Part shown: positions 49,026 through 59,141 of the stretch, piece by piece
Layout of the letters: the number at the start of each line of letters is the position of its first letter
Numbering within the stretch: position 1 is the first letter of the stretch
Assembly: GCA_963845565.1 (NCBI GenBank)
Contig: CAWJSJ010000002.1
Coordinates: forward strand, 1,152,001 to 1,216,000
Origin: an uncultured Methylomirabilota bacterium
GTDB lineage: Bacteria; Methylomirabilota; Methylomirabilia; Methylomirabilales; 2-02-FULL-66-22
Length of the DNA stretch: 64,000 nt
Direction of reading: 5' to 3'
Translations under genes and position numbers: made by a program
Notes under the pieces: model-generated
Told to the model about the DNA's origin: nothing
Databases searched by the model: none
What the model saw: only the letters and a program-made list of their open reading frames with translations

Positions 49026-49907
49026 ATGATACGGGTGGCCACGGCGCCGATGAACTGGAACAGTGATGACTTGCCGGACCTTCGGCCGCCGGTCCCGATC
49101 GAGCAGGTGCTAGCGGAGATGGTCGACGCAGGCTATGAAGGGACGGAGTACGGAGCGGGGTTGCCGGCCGACCCAACCGCGCTCACGGCGCTGCTCGCGA
49201 GATATGGGTTGGCCTTGGCGTCGAACTTCTGCTGGATCTCCCTGGAGGACCGCGGCGCCCACGAACGGGAGATCGCCCAGGCGCTGGCGGTTGCCCGGAC
49301 CCTGTCGGCCATGCGGGTGCAGGAGCTGATTCTGGGCCTGCGGGGCAGTCCCGAGCGCATCGCCCTCGCCGGGCGGGTTCCCACCGACGGAAGCGCCGGC
49401 CTTTCGGAGTCACAGTGGCGGACCCTGGCGGACGGCATCCACGCCTTGGCCGCGGCATGCGAACCGCTCGGCGTGCGGCTAGCGGTCCATCCGCATGCGG
49501 GGTCGTACGTGGAAACCCGGGAAGAGCTGGACAGGCTGCTCCATGGTACCAACCCCCGGGCCCTCGGCCTGTGCGTGGATGCCGGGCACCTGGTGTACGG
49601 CGGGGCCGATCCGGTGGAGGTCGTGAAGACGTTCGGCTCGCGCGTCCGGTACGTACACATCAAGGACGTGAATCCCGGCGTCCTCGCCGAGTGTCAGGCG
49701 AAGGGGATCGGCTTCCTGGACGCGCTGCAGCGGTACATCTTCTGTGGACTCGGCAAGGGGAGTGTGGATTTGGCCGGGTTCGTGGAAGGGCTGCGGCAGG
49801 CGGCGTTCGCCGGCTGGATGGTCATCGAAGAGGACACGTCGCCTGATCCGCCGTTGACGGCCGCCCGGCGCAATCGGCGCTATCTTCAGGAAATTTTCGG
49901 GATTTGA
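49026..49907 (+). CDS. iolE: myo-inosose-2 dehydratase-like TIM barrel
   Basis: ATAPMNWNSDD, AGYEGTE, HPHAGSYVET, DAGHL.YGGADP, HIKDV. Confidence 0.7.
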   Translation: MIRVATAPMNWNSDDLPDLRPPVPIEQVLAEMVDAGYEGTEYGAGLPADPTALTALLARYGLALASNFCWISLEDRGAHEREIAQALAVARTLSAMRVQELILGLRGSPERIALAGRVPTDGSAGLSESQWRTLADGIHALAAACEPLGVRLAVHPHAGSYVETREELDRLLHGTNPRALGLCVDAGHLVYGGADPVEVVKTFGSRVRYVHIKDVNPGVLAECQAKGIGFLDALQRYIFCGLGKGSVDLAGFVEGLRQAAFAGWMVIEEDTSPDPPLTAARRNRRYLQEIFGI

Positions 49908-50009
49908 CCGGTGGAATGAACACCGTTGAACCGGCAATGACCACAGAGGGAGTGCGTCGCCGTCCCTCTCGCCGGTCGTTTCTGCCATCTTCCACGGAAG
50001 GAGGTTCGC

Positions 50010-50870
50010 ATGCCCATTGATTCGGCCCTGAAACGGGAACTGCAAGAAAAGGCGGTCCAGGTACGGAAGCTCATCCTGGAAGCGGTCCACACCGCGGGGG
50101 CGGGCCACATCGGGGGTCCCCTGTCCATGGTCGAGACCGCCGTGGCCCTGTACTTCAAGATGCTGCGCGTGGATCCCAAGAACCCGCAGTGGCCGGACCG
50201 GGATCGGTTCGTCCTCTCCAAGGGCCACTCCAGCATCGCCCTGTACGCCACGCTTGCCCTCAGGGGGTATTTCCCCGTGGAAGAGGTCTTTACGTTCGAC
50301 GCCATCAACTCGCGCATGCAGGGCCACCCGGACATGACCAAGACCCCGGGGATCGACATGGCCTCCGGTTCGCTGGGGACCGGCGCCAGCCCGCCGCTGG
50401 GGATGGCCCTGGCCGCCAAGCGCCTGAAGAAGAATTTCCACACGTGGGTGCTCCTGGGTGACGGCGAGATCCAGGAGGGGCAGGTCTGGGAGATGGCGTG
50501 GGCGGCCAGCTACTACAAGGTGGACAATCTCACCGCCATCGTGGACTACAACAAGGTCCAGCAATTCGGCTTCCCCAAGGACGGGAACCTCAAGCACCGG
50601 ATCAATCCGCTGACTCAGGTGCCGGAGAAGTGGCGCGCGTTCGGCTGGAACGTGCTGGACGTGGACGGGCACGACTTCGACGTCTTGGTCCCGGCGATGG
50701 AGGAGGCCAAAGCCACCCGCGGGCGGCCCACTTGCATCATCGCGAACACCATCAAAGGGAAAGGGGTCTCCTTCATGGAAGGAGACTACAACTGGCACGC
50801 CAAGGTGCCGAACAAAGACGAACTGGCCAAGGCCCTTGCCGAACTGGAGGCGCAGCGGCCGCGCGCCTGA
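50010..50870 (+). CDS. transketolase N-terminal subunit
   Basis: GHIGGPLS, DRFVLSKGH, QGHP, GSLG, GDGEIQEGQVWE, TIKGKG. Confidence 0.93.
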   Translation: MPIDSALKRELQEKAVQVRKLILEAVHTAGAGHIGGPLSMVETAVALYFKMLRVDPKNPQWPDRDRFVLSKGHSSIALYATLALRGYFPVEEVFTFDAINSRMQGHPDMTKTPGIDMASGSLGTGASPPLGMALAAKRLKKNFHTWVLLGDGEIQEGQVWEMAWAASYYKVDNLTAIVDYNKVQQFGFPKDGNLKHRINPLTQVPEKWRAFGWNVLDVDGHDFDVLVPAMEEAKATRGRPTCIIANTIKGKGVSFMEGDYNWHAKVPNKDELAKALAELEAQRPRA

Positions 50871-50958
50871 TGGGTTTCCGATCATCGCGGGAATGGTTCC
50901 GTGATCACGACCTGTCGCGAGCGCAGCGCCCGCCCCTCTGGGCATACGGAGGATCCTG

Positions 50959-51900
50959 ATGGGTAAAACGATCGAGATGCGAGTGGCCTGGGGCGATGCC
51001 CTGTTGGAACTCACCAAGACCCACCCCAACGTCATGGTTTTGGACGCGGACCTGGCCAGTTCCACCATGGCGCAGACGGTGGCCTACGAAGCGCCGGAGT
51101 TCTTCCTGAACCTGGGAATCGCCGAGCAGAACATGATGGGCGTGGCCGCCGGGATGGCCACCGTGGGCCTCGTCCCGTGGCTGAGCAGCTTCGCCTGCTT
51201 CCTCGCCAATCGGGCCTTGGACCAGTTGCGCGTGACCGTGGCCCAGCCCAAACTCAATGTCAAGCTGGGCGGTTCCTATAGCGGCATCCTGACGGCGAAG
51301 ACGGGCAAGACCCATATCGACGTGGAGGATATCGCCATCATGCGGGCGATGCCCAACATGGTGGTGGTGGCGCCGGCGGATGGTGTGGAATGTCGCCTGG
51401 CAACCCTGGCCCTCACCGACATGCCCGGGCCGGCGTATCTGCGACTCACGCGCGACGCCACCCCCGTGATCTTCGGCGAGGACTACAAATTCGTCTTCGG
51501 CAAGGTGGTGACGCTCCGCGAGGGGACGGATGTGACCATTTTCGGAACCGGCGTGCAGAGTGTCCGCGCCCTGGAGGCTTGCGATCTTTTGGCGCAGGAG
51601 GGGATCAGCGCTCACCTGGTGCACGTCCACACGCTGAAGCCGATTGACGTGGAGGGAATCGTTGCGGCGGCGAAGAAGACCGGCCGGGTTCTCACCACCG
51701 AAGACCACAACATCATCGGGGGTCTGGGCGGGGCGGTGGCCGAAGTCCTCGGGCAGCACGCCCCCACGCCGATGAAGATCCACGGAATCCAGGACTGCTA
51801 CGGGGAATCCGGCCCGAACGATGCCATCCTGGAGAAGTACGGGATGACGGCGAAACACGTCGCGCAAGCGGCCAAAGCCCTCTTGAAACGCGCGTACTGA
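50959..51900 (+). CDS. transketolase C-terminal subunit
   Basis: DADLASST, GIAEQNM, DQLR, EDHNIIGGLG. Confidence 0.93.
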   Translation: MGKTIEMRVAWGDALLELTKTHPNVMVLDADLASSTMAQTVAYEAPEFFLNLGIAEQNMMGVAAGMATVGLVPWLSSFACFLANRALDQLRVTVAQPKLNVKLGGSYSGILTAKTGKTHIDVEDIAIMRAMPNMVVVAPADGVECRLATLALTDMPGPAYLRLTRDATPVIFGEDYKFVFGKVVTLREGTDVTIFGTGVQSVRALEACDLLAQEGISAHLVHVHTLKPIDVEGIVAAAKKTGRVLTTEDHNIIGGLGGAVAEVLGQHAPTPMKIHGIQDCYGESGPNDAILEKYGMTAKHVAQAAKALLKRAY

Positions 51901-52043
51901 AAACGTCCGGTCGGTCCCGGGCGACCCGCCACGCCCCGCGGCGCGGGCCGCCCGGGACGCCGGCTTGACATTCCGGCGGCGGTTGCGCACCATACCTCTG
52001 AATCCCCTGGCAGGCACGGGGGCCTCTCCTGCGCAGTCCGAGG

Positions 52044-53216
52044 ATGAGTCCGATGCTTGTGAGATTTCATGGAGTGCGAGGATCCAATCCCACCTGCGAC
52101 GTGCGGACCTGGCATTACGGGGGCAATACCCCGTGCGTCGAGGTCGAGACGCCGGTAGGACATCGGATCGTCTTGGATGGCGGTACCGGCGTCAGATCGC
52201 TGAGCCGCGGGCCGGGCTGGGGGCCCGACGCCGTACCGGTCCATGCATCGTGGCTGATCTCGCATTATCACTGGGACCACATCCAGGGGCTTCCGTTCTT
52301 CCCGCCGCTCTACGAATCGCGAAATCGGTTCGTGTTCTACGGACTTCAACCCGATGGCGGCGGAGGAATGGAGGCGGCGCTCCAAGGCCAGATGTTGCGG
52401 CCCTATTTCCCCGTGAACATGTCTCTGTTGGCTGCGGCGCGGGCCTTCACCGTGGTGGAACCCGGAAGCCGCTGGCGGGTCGAGGACGCCAACGTCGAGG
52501 CCGTTCCGCTCAATCATCCGCAGGGCTGCCTTGGTTTCCGGATCGAGACGCCCCATGGCGTGGTCGCGTACGCGACCGACAACGAACCGGGCAATCCCAA
52601 GGGGGACGATGCGGTCCGGTATCTGGCGCGAGGGGCGGACCTGTTGATCTACGATGCGCAATACTCCCCGGCCATGCTCCGGCAGCGTCACGGCTGGGGG
52701 CATAGCTCCTGGCTGGAAGGGGTGGCCGTCGCCAAGAGCGCGGGCGCGCGGACCCTCGTCCTTTTTCACCACGATCCGGATTCGGACGATGCGGCGGTGG
52801 GGCGATTTGTGCAGATGGCCCGTGAGAAGTGGCCGGAGACGTGGGGGGCCGCAGAGGGGCTCCAGGCCACCGTCCGGACGCCCGCCGTCACCTTCGAGAG
52901 CACCAGCCCCCGCGTCGGTCCCCGGGTGACCACGCGGCTTCCCGTCCGCGTGCGCGGGCGACGGGCGGACGGGTCCGCCATGGATGCCGAAGGATTCCTG
53001 GTCAATCTGACTTTGACCGGGACATACGTGGTGGTTCCGGACACTCCGGAACTCAGCTCCGAGGTCGAGGTGACTCTCCTCGAATCCGATCAGGTGGCCG
53101 CGGCCATGCCCGGCCATGTCGTCCGGGTGGACACCGATCCCGAAACCGGGCTCCCCGGTGTGGGGATCGTGTTCCGGGTGGACGACCAGGTCCGGCGTTT
53201 CACGGTCCGGAAGTAA
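52044..53216 (+). CDS. metallo-beta-lactamase-fold hydrolase fused to C-terminal PilZ domain
   Basis: GGNTPCVEV, SHYHWDHIQG, GWGHS, FHHDP; C-terminal RVGPR and NLTLTG. Confidence 0.85.
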   Translation: MSPMLVRFHGVRGSNPTCDVRTWHYGGNTPCVEVETPVGHRIVLDGGTGVRSLSRGPGWGPDAVPVHASWLISHYHWDHIQGLPFFPPLYESRNRFVFYGLQPDGGGGMEAALQGQMLRPYFPVNMSLLAAARAFTVVEPGSRWRVEDANVEAVPLNHPQGCLGFRIETPHGVVAYATDNEPGNPKGDDAVRYLARGADLLIYDAQYSPAMLRQRHGWGHSSWLEGVAVAKSAGARTLVLFHHDPDSDDAAVGRFVQMAREKWPETWGAAEGLQATVRTPAVTFESTSPRVGPRVTTRLPVRVRGRRADGSAMDAEGFLVNLTLTGTYVVVPDTPELSSEVEVTLLESDQVAAAMPGHVVRVDTDPETGLPGVGIVFRVDDQVRRFTVRK

Positions 53217-53333
53217 AGGCGGAGAGCGGTAAGGTACAGGACGCAGGGGCGATCGCGGAATAGCCATGGCCGGCCCGTCCGAGGAATGCGCACTTCACAC
53301 AGCGGTGCGTCCTTCCGGCGGGCCGTTCTGCCG

Positions 53334-53489
53334 TAGCAGGATGCTAAGAACTCACTCTACCACAGGCTGCTCAAAAAGGTCCAGATGCCAGGCGGTGCGC
53401 TGAAGCCCGAGCGAGACGTACTAGAGGTACGTCGCAGCGAGTGGCAAGGCACACCAACGCCGCAGATGGGCCTTTTTCAGCAGGCTGTC
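53334..53489 (-). mobile_element. MITE/REP-like element copy B (inverted relative to 33549-33704)
   Basis: Shares CAGGCTGCTCAAAA.GGTCCAGATGC...GTAC...GTACG.CGCAGCGAG...CCAACGCCGCAGATGGGCCTTTT with the reverse complement of copy A. Confidence 0.8.
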
Positions 53490-54121
53490 GTCAGATATTC
53501 CACGGCCGACTTCCACATCAGAAAGAACGAGGTGGCGCCGGGATCCTGGTGCCCCACGCTGCGCTCGGCGATCCAAGCCGCCCGCCCCATCTTCGCCTTC
53601 ATCGGAATGGTAGCCTGAAGGCCCGCCTCGGCCGCGGCCAGGGACCGCCGGAGCGCCTCGGGGAGCGGCAGCCCCGCGGCCGCCGCGGCCTGCAGGGCCG
53701 TCACGGTCGGGGCCAGGGCGTCCAGGACTGTCTTGTCGCCGAGCTGCGCCTTGCCCCGCTCCTGGATCCCGGTCAGGGCTGCCGCCAGCATCGTGGCCAG
53801 GTCGGCGAGGCCGATCTCGTACTTGCCCTTGGCCTCGCGCCCCGCCCGCATGCACGCGGTGGCGAGCAGCGCGCCGATGGTCGAGGCGGCGGTGCCGTTG
53901 AACGTCAGGCCGCTCTTGGTGAGGATGGTGCCGATGTCTTGATCTCGCAGGGAGTCCAAGACCTTCCGGACGGCCCCGAACCCGATGGTCATGGTGACCC
54001 CCTGGTCCCCGTCGCCCATGGCGCCGTCCAGCTCGCAGAGATAGTCCTTCTGGGCTTCCATGTCCGTCGCCATCTTCTCCAGGATGGCGAGCAGGTCGGC
54101 GGTCGTGATCGTGGCGCGCAT
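53477..54121 (-). CDS. dhaL: dihydroxyacetone kinase L subunit
   Basis: LDGAMGDGDQG, GDKTVLDAL, GRA, GHQDPGA. Confidence 0.9.
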   Translation of the reverse strand: MRATITTADLLAILEKMATDMEAQKDYLCELDGAMGDGDQGVTMTIGFGAVRKVLDSLRDQDIGTILTKSGLTFNGTAASTIGALLATACMRAGREAKGKYEIGLADLATMLAAALTGIQERGKAQLGDKTVLDALAPTVTALQAAAAAGLPLPEALRRSLAAAEAGLQATIPMKAKMGRAAWIAERSVGHQDPGATSFFLMWKSAVEYLTTAC

Positions 54122-54122
54122 A

Positions 54123-55126
54123 TCACACCAACTCAACAAAGGGTGTGGACGCGGGGGCGTCGAGGAGCGTCTTCAGCTCGGCGTCCAGCTTGCACAGGCT
54201 CACCGAGGCGCCGGCCATCTCCATGGAGGTCGCGTACTCGCCGATGTAGGGCCGGTAGATCTTGATGCCCGCGGCCGGTCAGGATCTGGTGGACCTTCCG
54301 GTACATCGACGTAGAGCTCCTCCTTCGGGGTGGCGCCCAGGCCGTTCACCAGGACCGATACCTCATCCCCCTTCGCCAGATCCATGTCCGCCAGGATCGT
54401 CTCCATCAGGTTGGCGGTGATCTTGTCGGCGGGCTCGAGCTTGCCGCGGCGAACCCCCGGTTCGCCGTGGATGCCCATGCCGATCTCCATCTCGTCGTCG
54501 CCGATGGTGAAGGTCGGGCGGCCCGCGGCGGGCACGGTGCAGGGCGAGAGGGCCACGCCCATGGAGCGGGTGTTGGCGATGGCCTTCTCGGCGATGCGCT
54601 TCACCTCGGCGAGCGGCGCCTTGGTCTCGGCCTTGGCCCCCGTCAGCTTGTAGGCGTAGAAGATCCCGGCCACGCCTCGTCGCTTGGCTTCCTGGCCCTT
54701 GGGGGCGGAGGCCACGTCGTCGGCGGCCAGGACCGTCTCGACCTGGATGCCCTCGGCCTCGGCCATCTCGGCGGCCATGCCGAAGTTCAGCACGTCCCCC
54801 TGATAGTTGCCGAACAGGTAGAGGACGCCGGCGCCCCCGTTGATCGCCTGGGTCGCGGCCAGCATCTGGTCGACGGTGGGGGAGGAGAAGACGTTGCCGA
54901 TGGAGCAGCCGTCCACGAGGCCCTTGCCGACGTAGCCCATGAAGACGGGCAGGTGGCCGGAGCCGCCGCCGGTGGCGATGCCGACCTTGCCCTTGATCGG
55001 GGCGTCGGCCCGGATCACGGCGCGCTTGTCGGCGCCCACCAGCTTGAGCTTGTCGGGGTGGGCCAGGATGATGCCGTCCAGCATCTCGTCCACGAAGGCG
55101 AACGGATCGTTGATGATCTTCTTCAC
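54123..55126 (-). CDS. dhaK: dihydroxyacetone/tetrulose kinase K subunit, two frameshifts near 54308 and 54275
   Basis: GGGSGHLP, NYQGD.LNF, GMGIHGEPG, restored C-terminus GEYATSMEMAGASVSL..LDAEL..LLDAPASTPF. Confidence 0.88.
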
Positions 55127-55289
55127 GGGAGGCCTCCTTTGCGCGAGAGTTCAACGACGAACACGGCCAGGTTCCCTTCGACCACGGGCCACGGGTCTCT
55201 ATTGCAGTACCGTCAGCCGCATCATGACCCGCAAGTTACGCACAGAACAAGGCGCGACTCCAACGACAGGTGTCGCGCGCCTGATCCGG

Positions 55290-56138
55290 TTAGTCCTTGG
55301 GGTAGTCCGCGCCTAGACTCGTCTGTTGCCAGGTGTCGATTTCTTCGAGCTTCTCCGTCAAGCTCTTGCGCACGGTGTCAAGTCCCATGGCGCCGAGGAC
55401 GAGATGCCGCGGCGGCTTTTCCGCCTGCACTGCCTTGACGATGGCGGCAGCCGCGCGGACGGGGTCGCCGGGCTGCGTGCCGCTCGCGCCGGCCAGCGTC
55501 CGGAGTCGGACATTCACCGTGGATTCGTAGTCGCTGGACCGACTCAGGTTCTGCCGGAGCGACCGCCCCGCAAAGTCCGTGCGAAACGGGCCGGGCTCGA
55601 CGCACATGACGTGGATTCCGAGGGGGCCGACCTCTTTCGCGAGCGCGTCGGACAGCCCCTCGACCGCGTGCTTGGTCGCCGAGTAATAGCCCGAGCCGGG
55701 GAACCCGACGAACCCGGCGACCGATGAGATGTTGACGATGTGCCCCCGCCGGCGCGCCCGCATGCCGGGTAGCACGGCGCGAGTCATGGCGGCAAGCCCG
55801 AAGACGTTGGCTTCGAACAGGGCGCGGACGGCCACGTCCTCACCCTCTTCGACCGAGGACTGGTAGCCGTAGCCGGCGTTATTCACGAGGACATCGATAG
55901 ACCCGAAACGGCCCACCGTTGCTTGCACAGCCGCCGCGATTTGTGCCGGCTTGGTCACATCGAGCGCAAGCGCCAAGCCGCGCCCATCATGGCTGGCCAC
56001 CAGCCCGGCGACCTGGCTGGGGTCGCGTGCCGTCACCGCGGCGCGCCACCCCCGCTCGAGCACGAGCGTCGCGAGCGCCCGGCCGAAGCCACTCGAACAG
56101 CCCGTGATGAACCATACCGGGACGTGCTCTGATCCCAT
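55290..56138 (-). CDS. short-chain dehydrogenase/reductase
   Basis: TGCSSGFG, NNAGYG, YSATK, EPGPFRT. Confidence 0.92.
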   Translation of the reverse strand: MGSEHVPVWFITGCSSGFGRALATLVLERGWRAAVTARDPSQVAGLVASHDGRGLALALDVTKPAQIAAAVQATVGRFGSIDVLVNNAGYGYQSSVEEGEDVAVRALFEANVFGLAAMTRAVLPGMRARRRGHIVNISSVAGFVGFPGSGYYSATKHAVEGLSDALAKEVGPLGIHVMCVEPGPFRTDFAGRSLRQNLSRSSDYESTVNVRLRTLAGASGTQPGDPVRAAAAIVKAVQAEKPPRHLVLGAMGLDTVRKSLTEKLEEIDTWQQTSLGADYPKD

Positions 56139-57086
56139 GGCTGCCCCCTCTTCTGAAAACCTCGTTGACCGAGCCGCGTTTGCGTTCGGTATCTTATCAT
56201 GTCCTCTGAACTGTTCAAGGGTGCTGTCGGTCCGCGCCGAGTCCCTGCCCCGACACTCATCGCCTACGTGGTTGGAGGTCACGCCCAAACGCGCTGTCCT
56301 AGTCGTATCGAGGGATGACTTCGTTTTCTGGTCCCGCTCCAGCCAATCCGCGTTTCGTTCCTGCGCGTTCTTCCGGCATGGTACTCCAGTCCCAGGCGGC
56401 TCTCTGGTTAAGCGGACAGCGTCCAGGGCCGTCGCTACCAAACAGCAACGCGGCATCCGGCTTGGCCGCGGCGTATGGGTCCCGCGCGACGCCGTGACGG
56501 GAGTGGTAATCCTCTCGAACCGGTGCGATTTCGCTATTGTCCTTGGCAGACCACGTGCCTACCGCGGCAGAACCGGAAGACGAGTCTGAAGGAGACCGGG
56601 GGATCACTTTGCGCGATGGCAGACCCGACGGGAGTGGGACAAATTTCCGTTATAGAAAAGGGGGGGAATGTAAAAGGGGATCCGGCGTGACCGTGTCCGT
56701 TGCCGTCGGTCTCCGGGACCGCGCCCGGGGACTCTCTCATAACCCATCGTCGTGGTGCCATCCGGTCGTTGCGCTGCCTTGCGGGACCCACCCGGCCGTG
56801 TCCGGGCTGCTGAGAGCGGGACCGGGGTCCGCACACCCCTCGACCGGAGCGCCGGGCGGACCCTGATACTGGCCGGCTGCACCCACCGCAAAGCGAACTG
56901 AATTCGTTGCCGAGGCGGGAGGTGTTCGGTACATGCCGAGCGAAATGTGCACCACGGAACCGGAAGGATCGGCCACCCATGAGCGAGGCCCGGATTGAGG
57001 AAGCGTGGCCAGTCGGCCGACTCACACGTCCGGGGAAACGAATCCCCCTGCGACGCGGCAGGACGAATCCTCAGGTGTGTTTCTCT

Positions 57087-58025
57087 CTATCCCGGCTGCA
57101 CCTCAGCCTTCAACTTCCTCTTCAGCCGCTCGGGGTGGCACACGACGTAACACTTGGAACAGGCGTTGTAAGTAAAGGCCCCCCGGTATGCGCGGTCCCA
57201 TGGGAAACGCTTGTCACCCGCCAAGAGGAACTCCTCCCGCACCCGCTCGGCATCATCCTCTTCATCGAAGGCCGGCATGGGGACATCGGAAAGCCCGTAG
57301 CAATGATCGTCCATCACCAACCCGCCGCACGCCCATTGGCAGCGGGCATATGACAGCCAGCCGTACCGGTATTCCTTGCCCGCCATGGTCATGACCCGAT
57401 CACGGTCGGGCCGGATGGCCTGGACGGGGCAGATGGACTCGCACGGGCGGGGACAGCCGGCGCACGGATCCTCGTCAAGCATCGGGTCCGGCTCCAAAGG
57501 CGCGGCGGTCACCACGGTGATCAACTGGACGGCGCCACCATATTCCGGGGTCACCAGAAATCCGCCGCGACCCAGGCGCCCCAGCCCCGACGCCATGGCC
57601 ACGTGTCGGTGTGAAATCTCCCCCACGCCCTTCTCCTGGTAGTAATATTGGTTCGCCGGCACCGGGAGGCTGATGTAGCCCAGATCTTCCAGATAATTGG
57701 CCAGGTCCAGCGCCATGTCGTCCAGCCGCGCCTTGGGCTCCAGCCCGGCGAAGCGAGAAAAGGGCATCGGGCTGACCCCCCGGAGATGGAGCTGCTGCAC
57801 GCCGCGGTTGATCCGATAGGCCATGGAAACCAAGCTCTTGGCCTCGGGAAGCAGCCGGCGCGGGTGCAGGTCGGGCGGCGCGCCGTCCATGCGCTCGATG
57901 GGGGCGATCCCCACCAGATGGGCGCCCAGCGCCCGCGCCTTGTCTTTGACCTCCCGGGTGAGGAGGTCCTGGGGAGGCCGCAGGAGATCCTTGATCGGCG
58001 CTCCGCCACCACGCTCTGTGCTCAT
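57087..58025 (-). CDS. epoxyqueuosine reductase-like (QueG/RdhA superfamily) Fe-S protein
   Basis: GAHLVGIA, SHRHVA..SGLG.LG, LVTPEYG, CAGCPRPCESICP, CSKCYVVC. Confidence 0.78.
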   Translation of the reverse strand: MSTERGGGAPIKDLLRPPQDLLTREVKDKARALGAHLVGIAPIERMDGAPPDLHPRRLLPEAKSLVSMAYRINRGVQQLHLRGVSPMPFSRFAGLEPKARLDDMALDLANYLEDLGYISLPVPANQYYYQEKGVGEISHRHVAMASGLGRLGRGGFLVTPEYGGAVQLITVVTAAPLEPDPMLDEDPCAGCPRPCESICPVQAIRPDRDRVMTMAGKEYRYGWLSYARCQWACGGLVMDDHCYGLSDVPMPAFDEEDDAERVREEFLLAGDKRFPWDRAYRGAFTYNACSKCYVVCHPERLKRKLKAEVQPG

Positions 58026-58055
58026 CTTGTCCTCGCGTTCCTCGGATTGCGCAGG

Positions 58056-58730
58056 TTAGACAATCTCGGCACTCCGCCCGCGCGCCACCATGTGCTGCGC
58101 CTTATGCCCGATCCGCTGTCCGAGAACACGAGCGGATTTCAGGGCGGCCAACTGATACTCGACGGGGTTGTACATGCTGAGCCCCGCCCGCTCCAGCAAG
58201 CCGTACTGGGCGACAACCCCGCTGTATTCGCAGGCCTCCAAAGAATCCTCGCAACCCACACAGGGACTCGCGCCCGCAGCGGTCACGCGGCCCAGCGCGT
58301 TTATCCCGTTGTTCCGCATGAACTGGAGCAGCGCGTCGGCCAGCGTGCCGGCCAGCTCCGGGTTCGCGCCGACGACCACGGCCGCCCCCACCTTGCCTCG
58401 GGTAAGCTGGCGATGATGGCGAAGCGACCAGAACCGCTCCATCAGTATCTTGGTGGAGGCGTCGATCATCCCGGAAAAGGCCCACCCGCCGATCACGAGG
58501 GCGGTCGCATCAAGGATCTTGTCGCTGAGACCCTTCCAGTCGTCCTCGATGGTACAGACGTTATCAGTCCGGCAGGCGTTGCAGGCCTTGCACGGGCGGA
58601 TCTCCAGTGCGTGCAAGTGCACCAGTTCGTGTGACAGGCGGGAGGCGGACAAGACCTCCTGGACGAGCGTGTCCACCTTTCCCCCCTTCTGGGGCGAGGC
58701 GCTGATCCCCAGCACCTTCGGCTTCATCAT
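58056..58730 (-). CDS. iron-sulfur flavoprotein / flavodoxin family
   Basis: LGISASPQKGG, CKACNAC....C.IEDD, extra CVGC...C. Confidence 0.82.
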   Translation of the reverse strand: MMKPKVLGISASPQKGGKVDTLVQEVLSASRLSHELVHLHALEIRPCKACNACRTDNVCTIEDDWKGLSDKILDATALVIGGWAFSGMIDASTKILMERFWSLRHHRQLTRGKVGAAVVVGANPELAGTLADALLQFMRNNGINALGRVTAAGASPCVGCEDSLEACEYSGVVAQYGLLERAGLSMYNPVEYQLAALKSARVLGQRIGHKAQHMVARGRSAEIV

Positions 58731-59141
58731 CTTTCTCCTCTCGCCAGGCCGCACACAGCGAAGGCCCCCGGGGGGTTGAACAGGGAAAGGCTCTTCGGGT
58801 GAGGCTCTGCCGGACGCACTTCACGCGGCCTCACGCAGGAGCCGCGGGGTAAAGTAGACCATATCGAGGGTCTGGCCGTCAAGGGCCGGAGGGGGTCGGC
58901 CCTGGTTGTAAGAGGTGAAGGAGCGCGCCAGGCACCGATGGGATTTGGCCACAGATTCGAGATGTTGCGAGAGGGTGGCACATAGTGAAATTGGACGCGC
59001 CCCCCACGCGCTCCGCTCCGGCTGTTATTCGCCCCACTGACGTTCGCGGCCTTTCACACTTGACCGAACGCACACCCGTGGCTTCGCCATTGCGGGAATC
59101 CCCGACGAGCCGTGCGGGAGCCGTCGGGGGCGCGCAAATCT

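Noticed and set aside
54200..54310. dhaK truncation
   Set aside because: Removing two single-base insertions restores a canonical C-terminus ending at 54123.
56299..56607. 102-aa ORF in the long spacer
   Set aside because: No RBS or recognisable motif; low-information composition.
58760..59140. Cobalamin riboswitch upstream of the flavoprotein/QueG-like pair
   Set aside because: I could not find the conserved B12-box elements by eye on the minus strand.
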